DNA of 64,000 nt from Octopus sinensis. Taxonomy: Eukaryota. The notes beneath the pieces were generated by a model. The model was not told where the DNA came from. It saw only the letters and a list, made by a program, of their open reading frames with translations, and did not search any database. Of the stretch, positions 50,879 to 62,552 are shown in pieces. The first letter of the stretch is position 1; the number at the start of each line of letters is the position of its first letter. The DNA is taken from NCBI RefSeq assembly GCF_006345805.1, contig NC_043010.1:52142001-52206000 (forward strand), in the 5' to 3' direction. The position numbers and the translations under genes are program-made.

Positions 50879-51959
50879 TAATAGATGGAGGATTCTTGTC
50901 AGAGCCAATACTTAGCTTCATGATCTGAAATCTTCCTCTTCCTCATCATTTTAACATCCACTTTTCCATACTGGCATGGGTCGGATGGAGTTTATTGAGG
51001 CAGATTTTCTATGGCAAGATGTTCTTCCTGTTGCTAGCCCTCACTTGTTTCCAAGCAAAGTAATATTTCCCCGTGGCTAAATATGTTCTTGCAGAATACT
51101 GGAAATGAACAACACCACTTGTATGACAATGGCACTCATTTACAGCTATCACACGATAAGGAGACATGCACACAAAAATACACACATTGGGCTTCTTTTC
51201 AGTTTCCGTCTGCCAAATCCAATCACAAAGCTTTGGTTAACCTGGGCCTATAGTGGACATTTGCCCAAGGTTCCACACAGTAGGATTGAACCTGGAACCA
51301 TGTGATTGTAAAGTGAGTTTTTTTTACCATGCAACCATGCCTATTCCTTCTTCTGGATAGAAAAGTAGCTTATCTTTAGTAACATTTAAAAGAAATCACT
51401 AAGAAAAATAGTGATTGTCTTTTAGAATTTTTATGTCTGCTTTTTCCATGCTGGCATGGGTTGGACAAAACTTCTTGACACAGGACTCTATAACCCATAT
51501 TCTATGGTTAGATGCCCCTCCTGTTTTTATTTTTGTTTTTTTACAAGGTTTTCTGTTGGTTTTTGCATGTCAAGTCACTGAAACTGGAATATATTGTTTA
51601 TGTAAGACAAGTGTCTCTAGTGCCATAGTGGTGTCAATGTAATGACACACGGAGACAAACATGCATGCACCTGTTTTACACACACCATGGACTTCTATGC
51701 AGTTTCTATATTCCAAATTTCACCCCCAAGCTGCTAGTCAACTCAAAACTATAGCAGAAATTTCTTCAAGGTGCTGTGTAGTAGGATTGAACTCAGTCAT
51801 GCATAGTTGCAAAGTGAACAGAAGTGTTTGCACTTGCTTTAATATTGGTTTATAATTGAATATGTTTGTGTGCCGTGAGGAGTGAATGGTAATGTTTTTG
51901 ATAGAGCTGTATATGACATGGCTAGAAGACCTGGCACCTATTTACGACAAACAGAACTG

Positions 51960-51997
<38 letters not shown>

Positions 51998-52527
51998 AGT
52001 GAATTGAAGAAATGGAGTTGAACGAAGATTGAACAGAAATCCTTTTATTGCATTCTACACGTGTTTCGAAAGCCACAATTTACCAAATTCCGATTGAATA
52101 AGGAGACCATATTGTGTCTTTCTCTTCAGGAAGAAATAGGAATTCCGTTGGCAGAAAAAAAACAGAACAGAGGCGCAGCAAAACAAATCGAACGAGGAGG
52201 CATACATACATACACATATATACATATATATTTGAGTTTGTATGATTCTGTATAGATGACTATATTAATCAATGAAATTCCAACTTAGCCTGATTTCATG
52301 TTTTATTATTTACAATACTGAAATATACTAGTACTTTCATGTGTTTGGCAATCATCAGACACTAGAAAAAAATTCTTACCCAAAAAGTTTAGTAACATCA
52401 TCATTAAAGATTTTATAACATTGTTGTAAAAAATAATCTTTTACAAACATTCACCTTTGCACTTCAAAAACTGTATTAAGTAATCTTCATAGACTTTCAT
52501 ATATATATATATATAATATAATATATA

Positions 52528-52865
52528 GGTGTAGGAGTGGCTGTGTGGTAAGTAGCTTGCTTACGAACCACATGATTCTGGGTTCAGTCCCACTGCGTGG
52601 CACCTTGGGCAAGTGTCTTCTGCTTGTGAGTGGGAAACTGAAAGAAGCCCGTCGTATATATGTATGTGTGTCTGTGTTTGTCACCCCAACATTGCTTGAC
52701 AGCCGATGCTGGTGTGTTTACATCCCCGTAACTTAGCGGTTCGGCAAAAGAGACCGATAGAATAAGTACTAGGCTTACAAAGAATAAGTCCTGGGGTCGA
52801 TTTGATTCGACTAAAGGCGGTGCTCCAGTATGGCTGCAGTCAAATGACTGAAACAAGTAAAAGAA
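52528..52865 (+). mobile_element. SINE family A (intron 1)
   Basis: Colinear with the 33207 copy. Confidence 0.9.
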
Positions 52866-52882
52866 TAAAATAGTATATATGC

Positions 52883-53197
52883 ATGCCACTCCATTGGTTA
52901 TGATGATGAGAGTTCTAGTTGATTTGATTAGTGGAACAGCCTGCTCACGAGATTAATATACAAGTGGCTGAGCACTCCATGGACATGCGTACCCTTAATG
53001 TGGTTCACAGGGAGATTCAGTGTGACACAGAATGTGACAAGGTTGGCCCTTTGAATTACAGGTATTACTCATTTTAGCCAGCTGAGTGGATTGGAGCTTT
53101 GTGAAATAAAGTGTCTTGCTCAAGGACACAACACCCCTCCAGGAATTCTCGACCATATGACTGTTAACTGAATACCCTAACCACTAACCCATGCACC
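52883..53197 (-). mobile_element. SINE family E (intron 1)
   Basis: Reverse complement of 3380-3690. Confidence 0.78.
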
Positions 53198-53224
53198 TTG
53201 TATTTGTGTGTATGTGTGTATCGA

Positions 53225-53565
53225 TATCGCCGCTCCGACTGGCTTCTGTGCCGGTGGCACGTAAAAAGCACCATCCGATCGTGGCTGTTGCCAGCCTGGC
53301 CTGGCCTCCGTGCCGGTGGAATGTAAAAAGCACCATCCGATCGTGGCCGTTTGCCAGCCTCGTTTGGCACCTGTGCCGGTGGCACGTAAAAAGCACCCAC
53401 TGCACTCACGGAGTGGTTGGCGTTAGGAAGGGCATCCAGCCGTAGAAACATTGCCAGATCAGACTGGGCCTGGTGCAGCCTTCTGGCTTCCCAGACCCCA
53501 GTTGAACCGTCCAACCCATGCCAGCATGGAAAGCAGATGCTAAACGATGATGATGATGATGATGA
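53225..53565 (+). mobile_element. Family C repeat (RTE-like 3' end with (GAT)n tail) and internal ~59-bp tandem units
   Basis: GGCGTTAGGAAGGGCATCCAGCCGTAGAAAC...CCAACCCATGCCAGCATGGAAAG...(GAT)n. Other copies at 4345-4530(-), 11728-11862(+), 20778-20920(-), 21405-21525, 24780-24925, 45790-45970 and 61510-61720. Confidence 0.8.
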
Positions 53566-54236
53566 AAGTCAAGCTACAGGTATAAATTCAGGAATAAAAC
53601 TAATATTGAAAAAGTTTAGAGATAGTCAAACGTATAATTCCCTTCAAGGTTCTAAGAACGATAGAACTTATTATTCATTGAATATCTCATCCTGTATTGA
53701 CCAGATGTATTTGAGCAAATAAAAACGATCAATTGTGGTATATTATGCTTAAAGCCTTTAGCATTTTGCTTCATTTCATTGATAAACATTTCTGTTAAAG
53801 GTCAGTTTCTTTTGCTCTTCATATCTGGTCAGCTGTAAGGTTTTGTTGCTTTTACAAGTTAATGAAATGTCATGCTCCGCACCAGGCTGTGGACCAGTGA
53901 AAGAATACGTTTTGAAAAATTGCTACTAGTTTCTTTTGCTTAGGTTTGAAATTACAGGAGTATAAACAAACCAACACCACTAGTTTAAGTGGTGTTGGTG
54001 GTGGACTAACGTATGCATACCTGTGTGTGTACCGTTGGTGATTTTTTTTCCTCTGTCTTCCCTTCTCTGGATCTTTCCTTCTCCTATGTTTTCGACGAAG
54101 AGCTCCGCTCGAAATGTTGAACCCTCCTTCTTCCCTTCCTTTCTGAGCGTCCAGTAACACAGTACATGTTCCACGTCCTCGTGTTGTGTTTTTTGTGCTT
54201 TCATGTTTGGATTAACTATATATATATATATATTAT

Positions 54237-54294
<58 letters not shown>

Positions 54295-54904
54295 ATATAT
54301 ATATACATACACACACACACACACAGTGGCGGTGCATCACTTAGTGGTTAGAGTATCAGTATTATGATCATAAGATTGTGGTTTCAATTCCTGGACCGGG
54401 CGACATGTTGTGTTCTTGAGCAAAACACTTCATTTCATGTTGCTCCAGTCCACTCAGCTGCCAAAAACGAGTAACGCTGCAATGGACTGGCATCCTGTCC
54501 ATCTGGGGAGCACATATGCCATTGACACCAGGAAACTGGGCCCATGAGCCTGGCTAGGCTTTAAAAGGGCGCATTTATTATTATATATATATACACACAG
54601 GTTTGGCTAAATATGAAACATCATGAAAATTGTTCAAACTGAAGTCCTTCTTGAGCAACACATTTTTCCATTCGAGTCAATACAGAATTACAAATAGTAT
54701 TTATAAAATTTTGATTTACTGTCGGCTGACTTTTGGCCAACTTCTTAACAATGCATCTATGCCTTTGCCTATATTTGTTTATATCAGTGATACCGCAAAC
54801 TTATTTTGTTGCAGAATGCTTATGTGATTTTTCCAAAAATTCTGAGTCTCACATCTATATTTGTTGGGAGATTTGGCTGTTATTTTTAGCAGATTAACTA
54901 TTTA

Positions 54905-55105
54905 CTCTTTTACTTGTTTCAGTCATTTGACCGCGGCCATGCTGGAGCACCGCCTTTAGTTGAGCAAATCGACCCCGGGACTTATTCTTTGTAAGCCCAG
55001 TACTTATTCTATCGGCCTCTTTTGCCGAACCGCTAAGTGACGGGGACGTAAACACACCAGCATCGGTTGTCAAGCAATGCTAGGGGGACAAACACAGACA
55101 CACAA

Positions 55106-55136
<31 letters not shown>

Positions 55137-55295
55137 CGACGGGCTTCTTTCAGTTTCCGTCTACCAAATCCACTCACAAGGCATTGGTCGGCCCGGGGCT
55201 ATAGCAGAAGACACCTGCCCAAGATGCCACGCAGTGGGACTGAACCCCGGAACCATGTGGTTGGTTAGAAAGCTACTTACCACACAGCCACTCCT
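54905..55295 (-). mobile_element. SINE family A (intron 1, antisense)
   Basis: Reverse complement of the 33207 copy, with CpGs intact. Confidence 0.9.
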
Positions 55296-55455
55296 TAAGT
55301 TGTAGTTATTTACCAAACACTTACAGCTCTGTACCCATATTCTCTCTGCATTGCTTGCATCTTCTTGGCTCTCATAATAAATCTGATTCATTCCCATCTA
55401 CTTTCTTCTTGCCAATTGTTATATTTCAAGTTTCATCCTTGTTGTTTTTTTTCAG

Positions 55456-55587
55456 GTGTGATCAATGTGAAAACTGCAGGGATGCAAGGTGACAACCAGG
55501 CAGCAGCAGCAGCTGCAGCTGCTGCAGCACTAGGGATCAGACCTGCTGCAACCAGTGCACTACCAGCCACTGTCACCATGGTGAAGG
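55456..55587 (+). CDS. l(3)mbt: L3MBTL-like coding exon 2 (132 nt, phase 1-1, poly-Ala)
   Basis: Acceptor gtttttttttcAG at 55455 and donor G|GTAATT at 55588. Encodes GVINVKTAGMQGDNQ-A10-LGIRPAATSALPATVTMVK in frame with exons 1 and 3. Confidence 0.8.
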
Positions 55588-55689
55588 GTAATTATCAGTG
55601 TCTAATACTTTTGCCTCTCTTTCTCACTTGTCGGTCTCTTCATTTTCTGCTTCTCATCCTTATCTTTTATTATTCTCTCTCACCTCCTC

Positions 55690-56520
55690 TTTTTCATCTC
55701 ACTTTCATTTTTTCATCTACTCTCCTTCTTTCGCCTCGCTTTCCTTCTTTTGCCTCGCTTTCCTTCTTTGGCCTCGCTTTCCTTCTTTCGCCTCGCTTTC
55801 CTTCTTTCGCCTCGCTTTCCTTCTTTCGCCTCGCTTTCCTTCTTTTGCCTCGCTTTCCTTCTTTTGCCTCGCTTTCCTTCTTTCGCCTCGCTTTCCTTCT
55901 TTCGCCTCGCTTTCTTTTTTTCGCCTCGCTTTCCTTCTTTCGCCTCGCTTTCCTTCTTTCGCCTCGCTTTCATTTTTTCGCCTCACTTTCCTTCTTTCGC
56001 CTCGCTTTCCTTCTTTCGCCTCGCTTTCCTTCTTTCGCCTCGCTTTCCTTCTTTCGCCTCGCTTTCCTTCTTTCGCCTCGCTTTCCTTCTTTCGCCTCGC
56101 TTTCCTTCTTTCGCCTCGCTTTCCTTCTTTCGCCTCGCTTTCCTTCTTTCGCCTCGCTTTCCTTCTTTCGCCTCGCTTTCCTTCTTTCGCCTCGCTTTCC
56201 TTCTTTCGCCTCGCTTTCTTTTTTTCGCCTTGCTTTCTTTTTTTCGCCTCACTTTCCTTCTTTCGCCTCGCTTTCCTTCTTTCGCCTCGCTTTCTTTTTT
56301 CGCCTCGCTTTCTTTTTTTCGCCTCGCTTTCCTTCTTTCGCCTCGCTTTCCTTCTTTCGCCTCGCTTTCCTTCTTTCGCCTCGCTTTCCTTCTTTCGCCT
56401 CGCTTTCCTTCTTTCGTCTCGCTTTCCTTCTTTCGTCTCGCTTTCTTTTGCCTCACTCTCCTTTCGCCTCACTTTCCTTCTTTCGTCTCACTTTCCTTCT
56501 TTCGTCTCACTTTCCTTCTC
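55690..56520. repeat. 19-bp minisatellite (CGCCTCGCTTTCCTTCTTT)n, about 41-43 units, in intron 2
   Basis: Directly visible. Its translation repeats every 19 aa (three units), confirming the 19-nt period. Confidence 0.97.
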
Positions 56521-56529
56521 TCTCTCTCT

Positions 56530-56609
<80 letters not shown>

Positions 56610-57292
56610 TGTTTTAGATACATGTCAGCCGGATTGAGCAGACTTGTTGACTTTTATTTAATCACTGTCATTTCTAGGACTGCATTATCAAATATGTTCT
56701 TCTTTTTCTAAGACAATAGAGTAAAAATTCATTATTAGCGACAGAAACTGTTTTAGTGCAAGATAGCATTCTGTATATCTTACTAAACGTGGTCATACTG
56801 TATGTAGAAAACTCGCAGTTTTGTGATTTTTTTTTTTTTGTTATATCCACGTTAAGATATACATGAAGCTTACAGTAGAGTGAAATATGAGGGCGATTTG
56901 GCAGCTTCTTCTCGCACGCCTACTGACCGCCTAGATATTCTTGACGGCTCATAAAACTCTGTAAAACCATATTAGAGTGAGGTTGGGTGGATAGCAGCAT
57001 ATTATGAAGAAACGTGTTTTGAATGTGTGTGTGTGTGTTTTTTTTTTAAAGATAGAAAACTTTTTAAAGCCAGCATTATTTATTTCCCTTCCACTTTCAT
57101 GCTGCAACGCTTATTTCCCCTTTCTTTTAAGAAGGTTGCATCACTTATTTCCCTTCGTAATCGACACTTCATAAGATTTCAATTTTGGCCATTTTTCTGT
57201 AAAATTCAACAGCAAAGGAATTAATTTAGAAATTTCCTCAAAATTTCTTGCCGATATATGTATATATATATATGGTAGGAAGTTTGCTTCCC

Positions 57293-57780
57293 AGCCACCC
57301 ATGTGGTTCTGGGTTTCAGTCCCACTGCTTGGCACATTGGGCAAGTGTCTTTTATTATAGCCCTGATCTGATCAAAGCCTTGTGAGTGGATTTTGGTAGA
57401 CAGAAACTGAAAGAAGGCGGTGAGCTGGCAGAAACGTTAGCAAGTCGGGCGAAATGCTTAGTGGTATTTCGTCTGCCGTTACGTTCTGAGTTCAAATTCC
57501 GCTGAGGTCGACTTTGCCTTTCATCCTTTCAGGGTCGATTAAATAAGTACCAGTTATGCACTGGGGTTGATATAATTGACTTAATCCGTTTGTCTGTCCT
57601 TGTTTGTCCTCTCTGTGTTTAGCCCCTTGAGGGCAATAAAGAAATAAGAAACTGAAAGAAGCCTCAGTTTGTGTGTGTGTGTCCTCCACCACTGCTTGAC
57701 AACTGGTGTTGGTTTGTTTACATCCCTGTGACTCAGCGATTTGGCAAAAGAAGACTGATGGAATAGGTATCAGGCTTACT
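57293..57780 (+). mobile_element. SINE family A interrupted by a family B SINE (intron 2)
   Basis: Family A head at 57293-57416; the family A sequence resumes after 57647. Confidence 0.8.
57417..57646 (+). mobile_element. tRNA-derived SINE family B with 15-bp TSD
   Basis: Head GCGGTGAGCTGGCAGAAACGTTAG, B-box GAGTTCAAATTCC, tail TAAAGAAATA; TSD AGAAACTGAAAGAAG at 57402-57416 and 57647-57661. Confidence 0.92.
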
Positions 57781-58112
57781 AGAAATAACAGCTAGCTCTA
57801 GCTGAGCCTTCCTTGTTGGTTTGAGGGTATAGGAGTAGAAAGAAACAATTGAAAAGCAGCCATTCTTATCATCATCATCATTTAGCATCTAATTTTCTAT
57901 GCTTGCATGGGTCAGTTAGAATGTGTTGAACCAGATTTTCTATGGCCAGATGCCTTACCTGTCATCAACTCTGACTTGTTTCTAAGCAAGGTAATATTTC
58001 CCAATTGCCAGATGGATTTTTCATGGAAGACTGGAAACAAACAACCTTGCTGTATTATGATGATGATGAATGATGTTTATTTACAACCATCACATGTGTG
58101 ATGCCTAGACAA

Positions 58113-58176
<64 letters not shown>

Positions 58177-58216
58177 GTGCATGTATAACACACTTCTTTC
58201 AGTTTCTGCCCCTTAA

Positions 58217-58440
58217 CCCTTTCGTTACTGTATTTATTTTGAGATGCTCTGTGTTTCTTTCAATCACTTTAAATATAACATCGAATTAAGTAAGTAAATT
58301 AACATCGTTATCATTAAGCTAGTGTTAGGAACATAAATTGTGACTAAGATTTTGTGGAAGATTCTAATTCAAAACTTATGAAAACAAAACATTTGTACTC
58401 AGAACCAGAGCCTGTTTCAGCTGGGTTGGTAACGAAAGGG
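58217..58440. mobile_element. piggyBac-type MITE
   Basis: TTAA|CCCTTTCGTTAC ... GTAACGAAAGGG|TTAA; a related copy lies at 48808-49076. Confidence 0.85.
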
Positions 58441-58669
58441 TTAAGGCTTTGGTCGACTCAGGGATATAGTAGAAGATACATATCCTAAGTGTTGCATAGT
58501 GGGACTGAACCCAAGACCACCTTCTTAACTACACTTCCTTGCCGGCACCAAAATTGAATATTTACAAAATTCTAATAATACTATATGAGAACTGAAGAAA
58601 CAAAAAATTCCCTCTTATGTAATAAAACTGAAGCCTAATTTTTCTTTTCTTTATTTTTCTTCTCGGCAG

Positions 58670-60120
58670 GTCATATTGGTAACATAGGAAATCTAATCAG
58701 TCCAGTTGGAACGTCCCAAGTTGCCACCTTGCCACCAGGTGTCACTCTGCCACTGAAGATATCCAATGCGCAAGCTCTTCAGTTCCGTGCTCCTAGCATT
58801 ATGTCATCCAATGCTGCTATGCAAAACTCGCTTACTGTGAAGCAGGGGCAGGCTGTGACAGTTGGCATGGCACCAAACCGTCACGCTGTTGCTGCAGCCC
58901 AGCATGGACCACAGCCGATTCGGATTCAGCCAGACATGTCTGGAGTGACCCATGTTAGTCACACACTGGTTCCCGCCATCATGCAGACCGTGAATTCCAC
59001 TTCTCAGTCAACGATGACCGCCAACCTTGTTCAAGCTGTGCCGGCTACTATGAAACAGGCCAACAACGAGAGTAAGGACAAACTGCAGGAAATGTCAAAG
59101 GTCTCGATATCGTCGTCTGTAACTGCACACACGCTTCCGATCACAGTTACGTCTGTTCCGATACAGATGACCTCCAAGCATCTTGTCACCAGTAGCAACA
59201 GTTTACCTGTCCATAAGCTGGCCAATGCAAACACAGCTACTGCTCATATGGTTCCCAGTTGCACTTTGGCAACCGGACACAAAAAGCCCTCCACGACGGC
59301 AACTCATGTTCACATGCTTCCTAATGTCCCCACCACAAACCACCCATCCATCCATATGGTTCCTGTAAGTAGTACCACTACTTTTGCGCTGAACAATTCA
59401 ACTGCCCCCTCCATAAGAATGATTGGCCCGGCTGCTACGACACCCATTCACGTTGTGACCACGCTAACAACGACGGCCCCTGTAATGAGGGTGGCTTCTT
59501 CGATCGCTTCCACTTCTGCCAACACCAAGAAGTTGTCCACCATTCCGTCGCTGCAGGGAGCAGTCAACAGCAGCTCTGCTGCCACCCCACTTCAAATGGT
59601 TCATCCAGGATCTGCTTCTGTTCCTATGCAAATAGTTACCTCGCTCTCCAACCCCATCATTGCAACAATGTCCCAGCCGTCCCAACAGCAACAACAACAG
59701 CAACAGCAGCAGCAGCAACAACAACAACAGCCACAACCACAGCCTCAGCTGCAGGCTCAACCTCAGTCCCAGCCCCAACAGCCCCAACTCCAACTCCAGC
59801 CGCCCCCGCCACCACCACCACCACCTCCACCACCAGCTCAAGTCCAGCTACATCCACAGGCCCAAACCCAAATCCAAACTTCTGTTCAGGTCCAATCCCA
59901 GAACCCAGTCCAAGTCCAGCCTCCTCAATCTCAGACTCAGGCCCAGCCAGATACCACGACGGACATACCACCCAAAGCTGCTGACACTGGCGGGAGTGTA
60001 GCTGACAAAGTGGAAGAGCTCACTCCTGGTCCCAAAATAAAGATTGAACCTGACAATGACCCAGTCAACAGCCTTGACTGGGAAAATGGTATAGCCACGC
60101 TTCCAGGTAGCAATATAAAG
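58670..60120 (+). CDS. l(3)mbt: L3MBTL-like coding exon 3 (1451 nt; S/T/A/P/V-rich disordered region, polyQ-polyP, ends in conserved DWENGIATLPGSNIK)
   Basis: Long pyrimidine tract and cAG at 58669; open frame (ORF track 58729..60144); donor AAG|GTGAGG at 60121. The C-terminal motif resembles the WxDGxxTLPGSxLKFRxNEFGxLE block of L3MBTL3/4 and Drosophila L(3)mbt (recalled family knowledge, not a database hit). Confidence 0.9.
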
Positions 60121-60489
60121 GTGAGGCAAATCAGAAACCTTTGATTATCACTTGCTGTTATTATGATTATTATTGTTGTTATGATTATTATTATTATATT
60201 TGTTGTTATGGTTATTGTTGTTGTTGTTGTTATTAAGGGGGTGAACTGACAGAATCGTTATCATGCTGGGCAAAATGCTTAGCAGTATTTCATCCGTATG
60301 TGGAGATTTAATGATGATTATGACAATATATGGTGTGTTTACGTCCCCGTCACTTAGCGGTTCGGCAAAAAGAGACCGATAGAATAAGTACTAAAAGGTG
60401 GTGCTCCAGCATGGCCGCAGTCAAATGACTGAAACAAGTAAAAGAGTAAAAAAGAGTAAAAGAGTATATATATTGTTTTTCCCATAAAT

Positions 60490-61390
60490 AATGTGGTTTT
60501 TTTATACTTCTTTTAGTTTTCAAAATGAAGATAAACAAAGTTCTTTTCTTAATCTGAAATATACTCCCCTTTACTTTCTGCACTGCTCTTCCATCTATCT
60601 GGTTGACTTGCAAGGCCTCTCTTCCAAAATTCACTTGTCTGTGACGAAAAATACTTCTCCAGTACTTTTCTGACCTCATCTATAGAATTCTTATTTTTCC
60701 TGTCCAAATCATTTTGAAGACTGTGGAATAAATGAAAATCAGATAGACCAATGACTGGTGAATATTGTGGGTGGGGCAGCGTTTCCCATTCAAACAGCTC
60801 CAGTCTTCGGAATTTCATCCTTGCTGTATGTGGCCGAAAACTATCCTGATAGAAAAACACCTTTTGTCTTGAAACCAAAGGTGATTGTTTTTCTGAAGTT
60901 CCTCAATTTGCTCGCAGTAGATCTCCTTTGTTATCGTTTGGTTTGGGCTTAAAAGTTCAAATGGACTAAACCGTTCATATTCCACGAAACAGATAACATA
61001 CCTTACGTGGGTGAAGACCTCCTTTAGCCTGGGTTGCCAGTGTTTCTCCTTTCCCTATCCACTGTCTTCAGTGCTTAATGTTTTTTGAGAACCCATTTCT
61101 CATCACCAGTCACTATTTGGTCCAAAAATGGCTCATTTGTGAGACGTAACAGCAAAGAACACACATTCACTCTCTGCAAGTGATTAGACTCGGAAAGTTT
61201 GTGAGGAACCCATTGATCCAATGTGCTGATTTTTCCAATGTCATGCAGGTGTTGATGAGTGGTTGAATGACCAAATCCAAGCTTCTCTTCTAGTTCCTCA
61301 ACAGTTATGATGGAATTTTGTTCCACCACGGTTTGCAGGACATCCTCATCGAATTCTACAGGATGTCAGGGGACTGAGATGCCTAGTGGT
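60490..61390 (-). mobile_element. Decayed mariner (DD34D) transposase in intron 3 of the L3MBTL gene
   Basis: Minus-strand frames give PVEFDEDVLQTVVEQNS, QWVPHKLS, IVTGDEKWV, GLHP, ELLSPNQTITKEIYCEQ, YQDSFRPHTA, WETLPHPQYSPVIGLSDFHLFHSLQN and RGLASQPDRW, all mariner motifs, broken by frameshifts and stops. Confidence 0.92.
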
Positions 61391-61766
61391 TTGCTGTGGT
61401 GGAAAAGACACATCACAATGCTAAGTAAAAATGTGGTTGACCTGGTATACAGGCTTATCCCTTGCAACCCTCTCCAGCTGAGTGTCCCTAATCTTGCAGG
61501 CTCGTAAGTGCTGGTGCCATGTCAAAAGCACCTGTACCGGTGCTGTGTAAAAGGCACCCAATACACTCTGTAAAGTGGTTGGTGTTAGGAAGGGCATCCA
61601 GCCGTAGAGACCGTGCCAAAACATACAAGGAACCTGAACTGCCCTTCAGCTGGTCAGCTCCTGTCAAACCGTCCAACCCATGCCAGCATGGAAAACACAT
61701 GTTAAATTATGAGGATGATATATATATACATATATTAAATGTCTCTTTTTTTTTTGTATGTAATAG

Positions 61767-61926
61767 TTTCAATGGAATGAATTCGGCATAATGGAAATTG
61801 TAAAAGACAGTGATCTCGAGTGTGTTGAGACGATGGAGACTAGCAGTGACCCAGGTAGTGCTGACAGTGCCTATACAGACACTAGCAGCAAACCAGATTC
61901 CAGTACAACGAACCCTGAATGTAACG
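61767..61926 (+). CDS. l(3)mbt: L3MBTL-like coding exon 4 (160 nt), missed by the ORF track
   Basis: Acceptor tttttttttgtatgtaatAG at 61766. Phase 0 gives FQWNEFGIMEIVKDSDLECVE...NPECN, completing the motif GSNIK|FQWNEFGIMEIV. Donor G|GTATGT at 61927. Confidence 0.9.
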
Positions 61927-62119
61927 GTATGTAATGTTCCATATCTTGAATTTAAAAATTTTTTATCTGTCTTGTTATTGGACTGCAGTTATGTCATGGA
62001 ACTACCTCAAAAGATTTAGTGGAACAAATTAACTCTAGCATTTATCTTAAAATTTGGTATTTATTTTATCAGTTTCTTATTGACCACTAAATTACAGGTG
62101 ATGAAAACATGCCAACACT

Positions 62120-62552
62120 GGTTGTCAAACCTTGGCGGACACACGTACACACACACATATAAACACGAACACACACACAAACACACACACACACAAGCAC
62201 ATGTACACACACACACACACCCACAAGTGTCTGCGCACACAAGTGCCCACACACAAGTGCATGCACACACAAGTGCACGTGCACATATAAACACTCACAA
62301 GCACACACACATAAACAAACACGCACTCAGACACACACGGACACAAACACATGCACATAAGCATGAATGCACACATGAATGAACATGCAATGCATATACA
62401 CATACATGCACATAAACACAAACATGCACATAAATGCACACAATGCACGCAAAAGCACGCATACACATAAACGCACACACACATGCTTGAAGACATACAC
62501 ATGCGTAAACACATGTAAACATACAGACATGTAAGCACACACACACATGACA
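62120..62552. repeat. Degenerate (CA)-rich low-complexity tract in intron 4
   Basis: Directly visible CA/CAT/GCA repeats that generate spurious ORFs. Confidence 0.9.

Noticed and set aside
55690-56520. CRISPR-like array
   Set aside because: The units are head-to-tail with no unique spacers, there are no cas genes, and the context is a eukaryotic intron.
55365-56711. 448-aa ORF and overlapping 339/295/251/157-aa ORFs
   Set aside because: Apart from the true exon 55456-55587, these are translations of the stop-free 19-bp minisatellite. There are no splice signals or coding-like complexity.
59464-60129. Minus-strand and alternative-frame ORFs overlapping exon 3
   Set aside because: These are shadow frames of CAG/CCA-rich coding sequence with no independent signals.
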